64,000 nucleotides of DNA from a bacterium (lineage in GTDB: Bacteria > Zhuqueibacterota > Zhuqueibacteria > Residuimicrobiales > Krinioviventaceae), in contig CAXXMD010000001.1 of NCBI GenBank assembly GCA_963675755.2, positions 32,001 to 96,000 on the forward strand. Direction: 5' to 3'. Each line of letters begins with the position of its first letter. Positions within the stretch are counted from its first letter, which is position 1. Below the pieces are notes generated by a model. That model made no database searches and was not told the origin of the DNA. It saw nothing but the letters and a program-made list of their open reading frames with translations. Shown here piece by piece: positions 42,075 through 52,651 of this stretch. The position numbers and the translations under genes are program-made.

Positions 42075-45000
42075 TTATTTATTTAAATTTTCCAGCAATG
42101 TTATGATTTCTTTTCTTGTTGATTGGATCTTTTGCCAGCGAGCATCTTCAACCTTTCTGAGCACAGACATTCCGTCGTTTGTCGGCTGTGTTCCATCAGC
42201 ATCCCAACCGCAAAAGGCTGCAATTTCAAAGGCATCTGTGGTTAATAATTTTTGTGCTGCCTGTTTTGTTTGTGGATCTGCATCTTTAGCATTATTAACG
42301 GCTTGTTTCAACAATTGCAGCATACTGTAATCTTCAACTCCATCTCGAATGGCTTCCCAGCGTTTGCTTGCAACAACACCAACTCCCTGGTATATCAATA
42401 AATAATCGTTACCGCCGACTGGCGTGAACCATGGATTGTATCGTGATGTACAATAGGACCAAAAACCAATTCCGGTTAGATCGTGATGATCGGCTAACCA
42501 GGCTTGTGCCCGGTAATAACCCAGAGGAGACTGGTGCTTGGCATTACCATCACACGCATAAGTCCAGATGGTTTTATTCGTGGTTTTGATGAATGCCAGC
42601 TTGTCTGCACCTATATCCAGTAAATAATCGTTACGGTTGGGGCACCAGATATCTACATACGGAGCCATTTTTTCAAGATCTTCCATGGATGCTTTACCCA
42701 CAGGGTCGGTATAGATTTGTACCCGTTCATCTACTTTACGAATTACTTTGGAATAGGAGATAAATTTTTCAACCAATCCTTCATGCAAACCCGGCTCATC
42801 AATGGGGTAGAGGGCATAATCTTTATAGTCAATACCCAGCGTTTTCATGTGATTGAACCAGGCTTTAAGCCATTCAGCATGGGCTTTTTCCCAAACCGGA
42901 TCAAACGGCTTTGCCGGTCCACTCAATGAGTGCTGGTAATTAAAAAAGAGTATGGTACCATGAGGTGAATGGGCTTTCATATATTCATCATGTTTGCTAA
43001 AATCAATTTCACCTATAATGTTACCGTTATTATCGAATTTGGCTTTTGGTGAAAAATTATTTGTAGCAACAAAAACATTTGTACCATGACTCACCTGATC
43101 GTCAAGTGCTAATTGTGGGATATCCTTAAGAATAGAAGTATGTACATAACCCCAGTGACACAAATTGAGCTCTTGTTTTGCTGGCAATGCAATTTTTGAA
43201 ACATTCACTACAAGATTGGCAACAGCCTCTTTTGATTCAATTTCCATTGAACGTATACGAATAGCGCTTTTCCAAACTCCGGGATTTAATGCAGTGGTAT
43301 TGATATTAATCCACAATTGACGCAAACCCCATTGTGGAATCATTAATGTTTGTCCCTGTCCAAGAAGCGGCAACGCATCACCGGATTTATCAAGCATTTC
43401 TGTTGGCACATCAATAACTTCATGTAAAGTCATTGCTTTTGAAGCTAGTATGGAACTGGAATCTTTTTCCGAAATAAACGCATCAGGCTCAATTCTTATA
43501 AATATGGGTTTATCACTAAAATTTGCAAGGTTAAATGCAGCGGATTCTGTTTCTCCGGCAAAGGCATATATTGAAACATTGGGTACATCCGTACGACCTT
43601 CAATGATTTCGTCGCAATTCCCAAATGGCGCCCAGGGATTTGCGGCATATACAGCCAAAGATGTACCCGCATTGATTGCTGCCTCTGTCATCTTTTGGAG
43701 GGTCATTGCATCATTATGAAGAGAAGCAACCTGTTCTCTCAATTCAATGCGTTGTAGATTGTCTAGTGTTCCGGCCACCTGAGTTTTTTCTTGTAATGCC
43801 GTAAGACGGAATTCTAATAACTGAGACTGGTTGGCAACAAGTTTTGATTCCGGAAGTTGAGGTAATAAGGATTGAATATCTGCCAGGATAGATTTGATAT
43901 CAGCCATATCTTTAGCATAGGGAATAATATAAAATGATTTTTCAATCTCTGATATTGTTTGCTTGCCTTGTTTTAATTTTGCTATAAATTGAAGGTTTAC
44001 GGCGTTCCGGGCATTCAAAGTATATGCGAGCTTGAAATTAAAACTCGAGTCCTGAAAAGCTGCAGTTTGAAACAGTGGAGTGGAATTGTTTTCAATAATT
44101 GAAAGCTCGATTGTCAGCTTTTTCTTTTCCGGATTTTCAACTGTTACAGTAAAGTTATTTTTTGCTACATACATATCGCCATAGCCAATTGAAGCAATAT
44201 GTGCTGTTTGAGGTTTTTTCAGTTGTTGAGTGGTACCCGTGCGTGCCGAGTTACCACGATACTCGGAGAATTGAATTATAGGTTTTGAAGCGGTTTTTGA
44301 TATTGCCCATGAATAAGCACTTACATCGCTTGCGGAAGGGCATATAACCGCAAGATTGCCGTTGTTTCTAAAGTCTACGATTGTGGGGCTTGAATTACAT
44401 TTACCGGATAACTGGATTTCTTCTACAAGATCTCCTTCGGCGCTAAAGACGTACAGATGCGAGTCATTTCCGGCAATTAATATTTCCAGTTTCGAATCGC
44501 CATCAATATCTGCAATTGTCGGTGAACGTCTCGCTTTTTGATATACATTAGCTGTCCATTGCAGTTTGCCTTTGTTGTCAAGAGTAACAACATTACCCAT
44601 GAGATCCACCGCGATAATTTCTTTTATACCATCTAGATCGATATCACCAATTGAAACACCATCATGAATGGGATGCTCCATGGCATATTGCCATATAATT
44701 TCGCCCTTGTTATCCAGAACAGTTAAATTCTCTGCACAGGCTGTAACGATTTCCGGTTTATTATCATTGTCAAGATCGTATACTTGAGGACTGGTACCAG
44801 AAGATTTTCCTTTTAAATGCCACAGTTCTTTTCCATTGCTGGAAAAACAAATCAGGGGAAATGTTGTGCTACCAGCAAGGATTTCATTTTCTCCATCGCC
44901 ATCTAGATCAGCAATGGCGGGGCAGGTATTGAAATTTCCCTCAATTTTTGTTTGCCAAAGTTGCTTGCCGGAATAATCGAGACAGGTTAAATGGCCCTTG

Positions 45001-45488
45001 CTGTCTACCGCAATGATCTCCATTTTTTTGTCATTTACAAGATTTCCCACTGCAAGACTTGTTGTGCCCCAATTGATTATTGCGGGTAGATCAAAATCCC
45101 ATTTATGTTTACCATTTTTCCCATCAAGACATACCACTTTTCCAGGATTTGTAATTGCCAGGATCTCGAGCTTGTTATCTCCATTCAGGTCAGCAAGGGT
45201 GGAGGGATTACTGATTTGAACATTTGTTTCATAGGTCCATATTTTCTGGCCATTGGAATTAACTGCCATTATCTGGCCGGCAGTTGTACAGAGAACCAGA
45301 TCATTAATACCATCACGATCAAGATCGCCAACACCAGGCGAGGCATCTACATAGCCGTTTGGAGTTTTTAACTGCCATAACCTGGTACCCGCAAAACTAG
45401 TTGAACAGCTAAATACAATACCCAGCAGGATTAACATAGAGTTTTGTAAAAAATTACCAAAACCTGCACGCTTGAATGTCGTTGTCAT
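42075..45488 (-). CDS. Secreted FG-GAP/PQQ-like beta-propeller fused to DUF4091 (GH123-like) domain
   Basis: Repeated DLDxDGxxEI motifs; PIDEPG, VDIWCP, GIGFWSY, SKRWEAIRDGVEDY. Confidence 0.8.
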   Translation of the reverse strand: MTTTFKRAGFGNFLQNSMLILLGIVFSCSTSFAGTRLWQLKTPNGYVDASPGVGDLDRDGINDLVLCTTAGQIMAVNSNGQKIWTYETNVQISNPSTLADLNGDNKLEILAITNPGKVVCLDGKNGKHKWDFDLPAIINWGTTSLAVGNLVNDKKMEIIAVDSKGHLTCLDYSGKQLWQTKIEGNFNTCPAIADLDGDGENEILAGSTTFPLICFSSNGKELWHLKGKSSGTSPQVYDLDNDNKPEIVTACAENLTVLDNKGEIIWQYAMEHPIHDGVSIGDIDLDGIKEIIAVDLMGNVVTLDNKGKLQWTANVYQKARRSPTIADIDGDSKLEILIAGNDSHLYVFSAEGDLVEEIQLSGKCNSSPTIVDFRNNGNLAVICPSASDVSAYSWAISKTASKPIIQFSEYRGNSARTGTTQQLKKPQTAHIASIGYGDMYVAKNNFTVTVENPEKKKLTIELSIIENNSTPLFQTAAFQDSSFNFKLAYTLNARNAVNLQFIAKLKQGKQTISEIEKSFYIIPYAKDMADIKSILADIQSLLPQLPESKLVANQSQLLEFRLTALQEKTQVAGTLDNLQRIELREQVASLHNDAMTLQKMTEAAINAGTSLAVYAANPWAPFGNCDEIIEGRTDVPNVSIYAFAGETESAAFNLANFSDKPIFIRIEPDAFISEKDSSSILASKAMTLHEVIDVPTEMLDKSGDALPLLGQGQTLMIPQWGLRQLWININTTALNPGVWKSAIRIRSMEIESKEAVANLVVNVSKIALPAKQELNLCHWGYVHTSILKDIPQLALDDQVSHGTNVFVATNNFSPKAKFDNNGNIIGEIDFSKHDEYMKAHSPHGTILFFNYQHSLSGPAKPFDPVWEKAHAEWLKAWFNHMKTLGIDYKDYALYPIDEPGLHEGLVEKFISYSKVIRKVDERVQIYTDPVGKASMEDLEKMAPYVDIWCPNRNDYLLDIGADKLAFIKTTNKTIWTYACDGNAKHQSPLGYYRAQAWLADHHDLTGIGFWSYCTSRYNPWFTPVGGNDYLLIYQGVGVVASKRWEAIRDGVEDYSMLQLLKQAVNNAKDADPQTKQAAQKLLTTDAFEIAAFCGWDADGTQPTNDGMSVLRKVEDARWQKIQSTRKEIITLLENLNK

Positions 45489-45575
45489 CGAGTTCTCCCT
45501 TTTTAAAGTGAGGTTGGTGTAACATTATTATGTTTATTTATACTAGAATTTATTTTTTGACTGGTTTAATAAAGA

Positions 45576-45593
45576 TGTCCTATAAATAGGAAA
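45576..45593. promoter_or_regulatory. Second copy of the putative FadR-type operator
   Basis: tgtcctataaataggaaa matches the minus-strand read tgtcctacaaataggaca of 36751-36768 at 16/18. Confidence 0.6.
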
Positions 45594-45642
45594 GAAATAT
45601 ATTTGAAAAATTATATATCCGGGAAAGGATGAGTTACTTTTT

Positions 45643-45672
45643 AAAAAAAAGGGACCCGAAGGTCCCGTTTTT
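45643..45672 (-). terminator. Rho-independent terminator
   Basis: Minus strand gggacc-ttcg-ggtccc-T8, cUUCGg tetraloop. Confidence 0.9.
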
Positions 45673-46574
45673 TATTCTTTAACAGGTTGATCACCAAATG
45701 TTTCATATGACCATGTAAAATCTTCATCTTTAATATTAACCATTACATAACCGGGAGGGAAGCCATCTCTGGCACCTTTCCACCATGCACCGCAAACAGC
45801 ACCACCCGTAATGTAATGAACATCATTGTATACGATTTCTTCTACAACATGTAAATGTCCTTGAAGGACAAGTTTTAAATTATAACCGTCAAAACATTTT
45901 ATAACATCAACAGAGTTGGTAACAACTGCGCCATTACTTAGGGCACTTGTGGCACCGTTTTTCATTTGTTGATAAACCGATGTCAGGGGAATATGCAAGG
46001 AAACAACAATGGGTTTTTGTTTGCCAGTTTGCATGAGGTCTTGGCGCAGCCAATCGATTTGAAGAGAATCAATGTAACCATAATATTCACGGTCATTGGT
46101 AAAGCCAACAGCATCCAAAATAATAAAATGCCATCCTTTATGATCAAATGAGAAATAGGTTTTTCCATCTCCCAGTTTGTTTTTAAACATTTCTTTACCA
46201 AACATTGGGTTTTCAGGTTGGATACCGCTTTTTTTATATAAACCAAAATTTTCATGATTACCCAGTGTATTGTAAACTGGCATCTGGAATATCGCAGATT
46301 TGTCCAAATATAATTGGTATAATTGTTCCGCGCGTTCCTGTGATTGTCCCAATGCGTCCATTATGAGATCACCACCAGTAATCACAAAGTCGGGATTTAA
46401 AGTGTTAACACTGTTTATACATTTTTCAAATCTGGCACCTGCTTGTAATTCGGGTTGAATATGGATGTCTGTTAGAAACGCAAAACTAAACTCTGTACTC
46501 TTATTATTTGTGCATGAAGATAATGTTAATAGAACAATGAAAAGTGTTATTACCGACTTTAGATTTTTGATCAT
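45672..46574 (-). CDS. Calcineurin-like metallophosphoesterase lipoprotein (Icc/CpdA-like)
   Basis: LSSC lipobox; TDIH, GGD, GNHE, HIP, GHLH. Confidence 0.9.
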   Translation of the reverse strand: MIKNLKSVITLFIVLLTLSSCTNNKSTEFSFAFLTDIHIQPELQAGARFEKCINSVNTLNPDFVITGGDLIMDALGQSQERAEQLYQLYLDKSAIFQMPVYNTLGNHENFGLYKKSGIQPENPMFGKEMFKNKLGDGKTYFSFDHKGWHFIILDAVGFTNDREYYGYIDSLQIDWLRQDLMQTGKQKPIVVSLHIPLTSVYQQMKNGATSALSNGAVVTNSVDVIKCFDGYNLKLVLQGHLHVVEEIVYNDVHYITGGAVCGAWWKGARDGFPPGYVMVNIKDEDFTWSYETFGDQPVKE

Positions 46575-46639
46575 TAGAGATTCCTTTCCTTATTTAAAAA
46601 GAGTATACGAAAAATAGACATAATTAGCGAATTATTTTT

Positions 46640-47719
46640 TTAACCGGGTATCAATATCTTGACATGCGTACCATTTTTATTTTCTAATTGTATTGAACCT
46701 CCTAATTGATTGTTCACTAAAAGTGAAACAAGTCGCATTCCCAAAGATTTGCTGTTTTCAATTTTATAATCGGCAGGAATTCCTACACCATTATCCTGAA
46801 TAGTTATATTTAACTGATTTTCTGTATTTGATATTTTAATAAAAATTTCTCCTTTTCCATCATACCCTTCAGGAAAGGCATGTTTGAATGCATTTGTAAT
46901 TATTTCGTTAATAACTAATCCTACCGGAATAGCCCTGTTAATATCAAGATTAATTTTATTTATATCTGTACGTATTGATATCTTGTTCATATCAATAGTA
47001 TATGATTTGATTAAATTGTTAACCAGGTTGGAAATGTAGATATTAAAATCGATACTGCTTAGATCATCGGATTGATATAATTTTTCATGTACCAAAGACA
47101 TGGAGTTGATGCGATTATATGTTTCTTGCAGCATTTCTTTCACTTTGGGATCATTGATCTGATTGGTTTGCAGGCTGATTAGGCTTGAAATAATCATGAA
47201 ATTGTTTTTTACACGATGATGAATTTCTTTTAATAATAATTCTTTTTCTGCCAAGAGTTTTGTTAATTCTTTTTCGGTTGCTTCTTTAATTATTAAACTT
47301 TTTTCCAGTACTTGATTCAGATGTTCAAGTTTAACAAAATCTTTGTGACGTTCAATTGCAATTATTATTGAACGTTCAATTTCTTCGGCCTTGGGGGGTT
47401 TGGTTAAAAAAGCGCCTACACCATACTCACCTGCTTTGTGAATAAATTCAGTAGAATCATGGGCGGTCAAGATAACAATAGGTGTTGATTTAATTTTCTG
47501 TATTTCTTTTGCAGCCGTTAATCCATCCATTTGTGGCATTTGAATATCCATTAAAACAACATCAGGACCAAGTGTTTTAACCATTTCAATAGCCTGTAAT
47601 CCATTTGTTGCAATACCCACATATTGAGAACCTATTTTTTTTATTGATCTTTTTATCTCTTCACAGACCAGGTAATCATCTTCAGCAATTAATATTCTAT
47701 AATTGTCATTACTTTGCAT
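46640..47719 (-). CDS. Receiver domain fused to HisKA_2 histidine kinase
   Basis: IAEDD/LMDIQMP receiver; EIHHRVKNN, NEIITNAFKHAF, DNGVG, SLGMRLV. Confidence 0.92.
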   Translation of the reverse strand: MQSNDNYRILIAEDDYLVCEEIKRSIKKIGSQYVGIATNGLQAIEMVKTLGPDVVLMDIQMPQMDGLTAAKEIQKIKSTPIVILTAHDSTEFIHKAGEYGVGAFLTKPPKAEEIERSIIIAIERHKDFVKLEHLNQVLEKSLIIKEATEKELTKLLAEKELLLKEIHHRVKNNFMIISSLISLQTNQINDPKVKEMLQETYNRINSMSLVHEKLYQSDDLSSIDFNIYISNLVNNLIKSYTIDMNKISIRTDINKINLDINRAIPVGLVINEIITNAFKHAFPEGYDGKGEIFIKISNTENQLNITIQDNGVGIPADYKIENSKSLGMRLVSLLVNNQLGGSIQLENKNGTHVKILIPG

Positions 47720-47732
47720 TCATTAACTCCTG

Positions 47733-50700
47733 TTATTCATCAATATCTGGGTTGGGTATTGTTAAATTTACAACAGCACCTTTTTCATTACTTAATTTTA
47801 TTTTTCCATTCAAACTATGTTCTACTATACCTTTAACAAGTTCAAAACCAATATTCATATAATTTTTATCAAGCTTTAGAATCTGTTTGGGGAAGCCGGG
47901 GCCATTATCTTTAAATTTTAAATTAATTTGATTTTTCCTTTTATGGATTTGTATTTTTAATTTTAAAGATGTTTGTTTTTCATTGGTATGTTTAATTGAA
48001 TTTGTAGCCAATTCGTTCAAAACAATAGATAAATTTTGTGCAATCCTACTATTTACAAGTACTGAAGAATTATTAACATGCAGTAAAATATTTTTAAGAG
48101 TAGGTACACCCTGTATGATATTGGTGATTATTTTTTCACATAATTCGTTCAACAAAATAGGCTGCCATTTATTTTGTGACAACATGGTGTGAACTGTTAA
48201 TAACCCGTCAACACGAATTTTGAGATTGTTTATCAATGGAATGTAATGTTCAAAACCTTTTTGTTCAGCTCTATCCATTTCTTTATGAAGCATGCTAATG
48301 ATTGCTGAAAGATTGTTTTTAACCCTGTGGTTAACTTCTTGTAATAGTATCTTTTGGGTTTCGGCATAATTTCTCAATTTTTCCGCATCACGTACACGAT
48401 GTGTAATATCATCAAATGTTGTAGCTACACTATCAGGTCTTAAATTACCTTCATTGAAAATTGGTTTTGCATTAACCAATATCCATTTATATTCATCTTC
48501 GTTATAGTTATATACTCCCATGGTAACGTTTGTTACACTTTTGCCGGTTCTCAAGGCTATCATTGCCGGATGATTATCACCAGAAAGAGGAGAGCCATCT
48601 TCTTTTATTGCACGCCATTCTTTATAATTGGAGGTTTTTCCCATCATTTCTTCTTCGGTATAGCCTAAAATTAATTCAGCAGCCGGATTTACTGATATAA
48701 TCTCTCCGTTCTTATTTTGATACACTACGCCCTGTGCCATGGTTTCGAAAAGTGTTCTGAATTTTTTTTCACTCGCCAGGATGGCGTTTTCTGTTTTTTT
48801 ACGTTCGGTTATATCTCTAAAAATAGCCATTACATAATTGCCATTGTGAATTTGTAGTTTGTTTAAACTGACTTCTATTAGAAACTCTGAGCCATCTTTA
48901 CTTTTATGGTTCCATTCGGTTAAAATATTTTCACCGTCCATTACACTTTTAATTAGCAATTCACCTTTTGTTTTAGATAGTTGGCCATCAGGTTGATATT
49001 TGGGAGATAAATCTATATGTGGTGTTTTACCAATTATTGATTGTTTGTCATACTGAAAGCGTTCTAATGTTTTTGTATTACAATCTAATATTTTCAAGTC
49101 GTTTAAAATAAATATCGCATCGTTTGCATTTTCAAATAATGTTTTGTATTTATTTTCGCTTTCAAATAATGCATCCTGATTATGTTTTTGTTCTGTTATG
49201 TCCATGACCGAGACAAAAACTCTTGACCATGTATCACTATAGCCGGCAGGGATAATAGCATGAATAATGATCCATTTTTCCTGTCCATCAACGAGTTGTT
49301 TATACATATTACTTTTATATAAAGATTTATCACCACAAAATGTTAGCAACTCCTGTTTGAATATTTTTTCGGCATTTTTGTCAATTACAATTTGATTTGC
49401 TTCCAGAACGTCTTCTTTAGAATGAATGTTTAGAAAATTCAATGTTGCTTTGTTAATATTGATGACTTTGATAGAACGGATGCATTGTTGAAAGATCTTT
49501 GGGTGGTCATTAAAGTATTTTTCAAAATGTTTTACACGCTTTTTTTTCAAACCGTCAATTATTTTTTTAACTTTTGAGAAATCTTCTTCCCAAAGAGGAG
49601 TAGGCGAATTTTCAAACAGAATCCGGTATCGTTCTTCACTGAGTTCCAGTTCTTTGATTGAAGTTTTTAACGGTGAAATGTCTTCATATGTACCAAGAAC
49701 ACCAATTACATTTCCTGTAGAATCTTTTAATGGGATTTTACTGGTTTTATACCAGTGTAATGTGTTATCTTCGGCGTATCGTGTTTCTTCAAAGTTCAAA
49801 CGGGATTTGTTACTATCTATTACAGATTTATCATCCAGTATGAATTTTTCAGCAAACTCTTTCCATGCAAGGTCCCAATCAGTTTTGCCAATAATTTCAG
49901 TTTCTTCTTCCAATCCGGCATCTTGAGCAAAGACTGAATTGCAACCCATGTAGATTGAATCTAAATCTTTCCAAAAAACACGAACATGCAAAGAATCAAG
50001 TATTGTTCTGAGCATTGTTTTAGAATCTTTGAGCGCTTTGGTTGTTTTTTTATTTTCTGTAAAATCATTGATATAAACTACAACTTGAATAACTTTATTA
50101 TTCTTGTCTATTATTGGATAAATGGTGTTAAGATAAAAACGACCCAAGCTTTCATCATGGAATTCGACTGTTTTTTTTGATCTAATGGCTGATTGAATCA
50201 TTGATTTGCGTGTCTTGGCAACATCAAGTGGTAGTAATGAATATAAATTCATTCCTTCTATCTCGGTTGCCGGAAACTGTAATATTTTGGCAGTTGCTTT
50301 ATTTGTAACCAGAATACTACCCTGAGTATCAATTAAAATAAATACCTGCGAAATTGCATTGATTAATGTTCTGAGGTTTTCTTCATTAATATTTGAGGTG
50401 TTTAAAGATCTTGAGGCTAAAGATGATTGCGAATCTTTACTTTCCCATTCTTTTACAAGCATGAGATCAATAAAATCGAAACAGGCATGTACGAATTGAG
50501 TGCAATCGGGTTTATTCATTTTCTTATGACTACATAGTTCAAGATAGATATTTTGAAAGGATTTCATAATTTCCATCAAAGTGGAAAGGGGGACTTTATC
50601 AATATTTGTGGAAATAAAGTAACGAGTAAACTGAACCAGTGAAGAATTTTCTGATAAATTTTGTAAGGTGGGTAAGGTATTATTTGTTTGATTGACTGTT

Positions 50701-50855
50701 TTGGAAATAAATCCGTTAAAGAAGGAAATTATGTATTTAATATCCAGATCGAGACTTTTATAATGGATTTTGTCATGATTTTGGATAAAAAACTGTTCCG
50801 CTTTATGTATCAACCATTCTTCATGAGCTTGTATGGCCTTTACCAATTCTTTCAT
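47733..50855 (-). CDS. Cytoplasmic multi-PAS HisKA_2 sensor kinase
   Basis: About five PAS/PAC repeats, EVNHRVKNNL, NELATNSIKH, DNGPGF; GAGGT RBS before MKELV. Confidence 0.92.
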   Translation of the reverse strand: MKELVKAIQAHEEWLIHKAEQFFIQNHDKIHYKSLDLDIKYIISFFNGFISKTVNQTNNTLPTLQNLSENSSLVQFTRYFISTNIDKVPLSTLMEIMKSFQNIYLELCSHKKMNKPDCTQFVHACFDFIDLMLVKEWESKDSQSSLASRSLNTSNINEENLRTLINAISQVFILIDTQGSILVTNKATAKILQFPATEIEGMNLYSLLPLDVAKTRKSMIQSAIRSKKTVEFHDESLGRFYLNTIYPIIDKNNKVIQVVVYINDFTENKKTTKALKDSKTMLRTILDSLHVRVFWKDLDSIYMGCNSVFAQDAGLEEETEIIGKTDWDLAWKEFAEKFILDDKSVIDSNKSRLNFEETRYAEDNTLHWYKTSKIPLKDSTGNVIGVLGTYEDISPLKTSIKELELSEERYRILFENSPTPLWEEDFSKVKKIIDGLKKKRVKHFEKYFNDHPKIFQQCIRSIKVININKATLNFLNIHSKEDVLEANQIVIDKNAEKIFKQELLTFCGDKSLYKSNMYKQLVDGQEKWIIIHAIIPAGYSDTWSRVFVSVMDITEQKHNQDALFESENKYKTLFENANDAIFILNDLKILDCNTKTLERFQYDKQSIIGKTPHIDLSPKYQPDGQLSKTKGELLIKSVMDGENILTEWNHKSKDGSEFLIEVSLNKLQIHNGNYVMAIFRDITERKKTENAILASEKKFRTLFETMAQGVVYQNKNGEIISVNPAAELILGYTEEEMMGKTSNYKEWRAIKEDGSPLSGDNHPAMIALRTGKSVTNVTMGVYNYNEDEYKWILVNAKPIFNEGNLRPDSVATTFDDITHRVRDAEKLRNYAETQKILLQEVNHRVKNNLSAIISMLHKEMDRAEQKGFEHYIPLINNLKIRVDGLLTVHTMLSQNKWQPILLNELCEKIITNIIQGVPTLKNILLHVNNSSVLVNSRIAQNLSIVLNELATNSIKHTNEKQTSLKLKIQIHKRKNQINLKFKDNGPGFPKQILKLDKNYMNIGFELVKGIVEHSLNGKIKLSNEKGAVVNLTIPNPDIDE

Positions 50856-51017
50856 GAAAACCTCACTTCTATTGATACACAATTATAATTTTTTATTAAT
50901 TATTATATACCACGCTAGTTTCAGTGACAAGTGTTTTTTTTATAATTATATTGTGTGTTTTTTAATATATTTTTTATTTTATGTATTGAAATTGGTGCAA
51001 TATATATAATTAATATC

Positions 51018-51371
51018 ATGGAGAAATCGGTCAGTTTTATGTCAAAGCGAATCGAACGAGAAAAGAAAACTATCCAAGTTATGATCAAAATGTATTGTAT
51101 TGATCATCATAATTCAAATGCTGATGAATTATGTACAGAGTGTGATGCATTGTGGAGTTACGCTCAAAAAAGATTGTTACGTTGTCCATTTGGTGAGGAT
51201 AAACCCACTTGCGCAAAATGTCCTGTACATTGCTACAAGCCTGAAATGCGGAATATGGTCCGTAATATTATGCGTTATGCAGGCCCTAGAATGATCATCA
51301 AACACCCTGTTTTAGCTTTCTGGCACATTGTTGATGGATTTAAAAGAACAGAAAAAAAGTTGAGTGAATAA
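51018..51371 (+). CDS. Nitrous-oxide-stimulated promoter (YgbA) family protein
   Basis: REKKTIQVMIKMYC, CPFGEDKPTCAKCPVHCYKP, MRYAGPRM; start could be 51039. Confidence 0.9.
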   Translation: MEKSVSFMSKRIEREKKTIQVMIKMYCIDHHNSNADELCTECDALWSYAQKRLLRCPFGEDKPTCAKCPVHCYKPEMRNMVRNIMRYAGPRMIIKHPVLAFWHIVDGFKRTEKKLSE

Positions 51372-51408
51372 AGAATACAACACTAAAATATACCTATACT
51401 AATTTTTA

Positions 51409-52626
51409 TTAATTTGGTGATCTTTCGATCAATATATCATCTTCAGTGTTGGTGATTTTGTCTGGTCCTGCACTCCAGAGATAGTAATTGTTATCACCGG
51501 TAAGCTGATATCCATATGGATTGCCATCATACGGATCTATAGGTTCCGGGATTCCCGGACGGTATTGCTGCCAATAAGGAGAAAGCGAATTGTTTTGAGG
51601 TGCGGGAAGTTGTCCGGTTGATCTGTAAATATGGTTTACCAATTGTACCAAATTTTCAAGATCCTGATTTATTTTTTGATTTTGCTGTATACGGGGATTA
51701 AAAGATGTATCTGAATATTCAGTATTCGTTTGTAAATGTTGCAAGCCGCTATGAAATTTGGGTGCAATAACTGCCACACCTATAATACCAATAATCATAG
51801 GTAAAATAATAACCGCACTCAAAATTGCCAGTGCTTTTATTGTTCCACTATTGTCACCGGGTAAATTGGAAGCATACCGGGGATCTATAGCCGCTACCCG
51901 TTCTATCAATGGGGGATAGGTGCTTAACCATTGCCCAATAGTTAAAAAACCTGTATTGATATCAAGTTTCTGGTTAACATATGCATGGAGGTTTACATGT
52001 GGGCCAACTTTGCCACCAGCAGATAAAATTGTTAATCCTGTTAATGCGCCCTTGGGATCATTAGCAAGTGCTACGCCGTATCTGTCACAGGTAAATTCAC
52101 GCGCCCTGGAATAGGCTGAACCCAAAAAGGGAATAATCATTGCGGGTGCAATAAACCACCACCATTTTAAATGTCCCGCTTTGTGATGACCTATTTCATG
52201 TCCAATGACCATATCTCTGGCACCTTTATTAGTGCCACATGCTTCTAAAAGATCTGAATAGAGAATGATTATTTTAGAACGAAAAAATCTTGTTGCCAAT
52301 GCATTCAAACTTCCGCCAGCCTGCATGATATAAGCATCTGGAATATCGGTTAATCCTGCTTTTTCACTCAATTGATTAACACGATTGTATAAATCCGGAA
52401 ATTGATCAGGGCCTAGTTTTACCGCACTTCCTTTTATATGAGTTATAAACAGTAAATGTGAAACAAAGAAAAACATGGCAATAAATAATGCGTAAATAAA
52501 TCCTAAAACAGTTATTAATAGTGTTAACCAAATTAAACTGGATATTATTACCATCACGATGAATAATGGCATTTCTGCCGGATGGTGATTTACATTAATT
52601 GGATCAATCATAGTATTGGATTGCAC
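51409..52626 (-). CDS. M48 (HtpX/Ste24-like) metallopeptidase with C-terminal GspG-like domain
   Basis: GHEIGH, SRAREFTCD, TYPPLIER; then TM and DPYDGNPYGY..WSAGPDKITNTEDDI. Confidence 0.85.
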   Translation of the reverse strand: MQSNTMIDPINVNHHPAEMPLFIVMVIISSLIWLTLLITVLGFIYALFIAMFFFVSHLLFITHIKGSAVKLGPDQFPDLYNRVNQLSEKAGLTDIPDAYIMQAGGSLNALATRFFRSKIIILYSDLLEACGTNKGARDMVIGHEIGHHKAGHLKWWWFIAPAMIIPFLGSAYSRAREFTCDRYGVALANDPKGALTGLTILSAGGKVGPHVNLHAYVNQKLDINTGFLTIGQWLSTYPPLIERVAAIDPRYASNLPGDNSGTIKALAILSAVIILPMIIGIIGVAVIAPKFHSGLQHLQTNTEYSDTSFNPRIQQNQKINQDLENLVQLVNHIYRSTGQLPAPQNNSLSPYWQQYRPGIPEPIDPYDGNPYGYQLTGDNNYYLWSAGPDKITNTEDDILIERSPN

Positions 52627-52651
52627 AGTATTCTCCGGTTTGTATTACATT

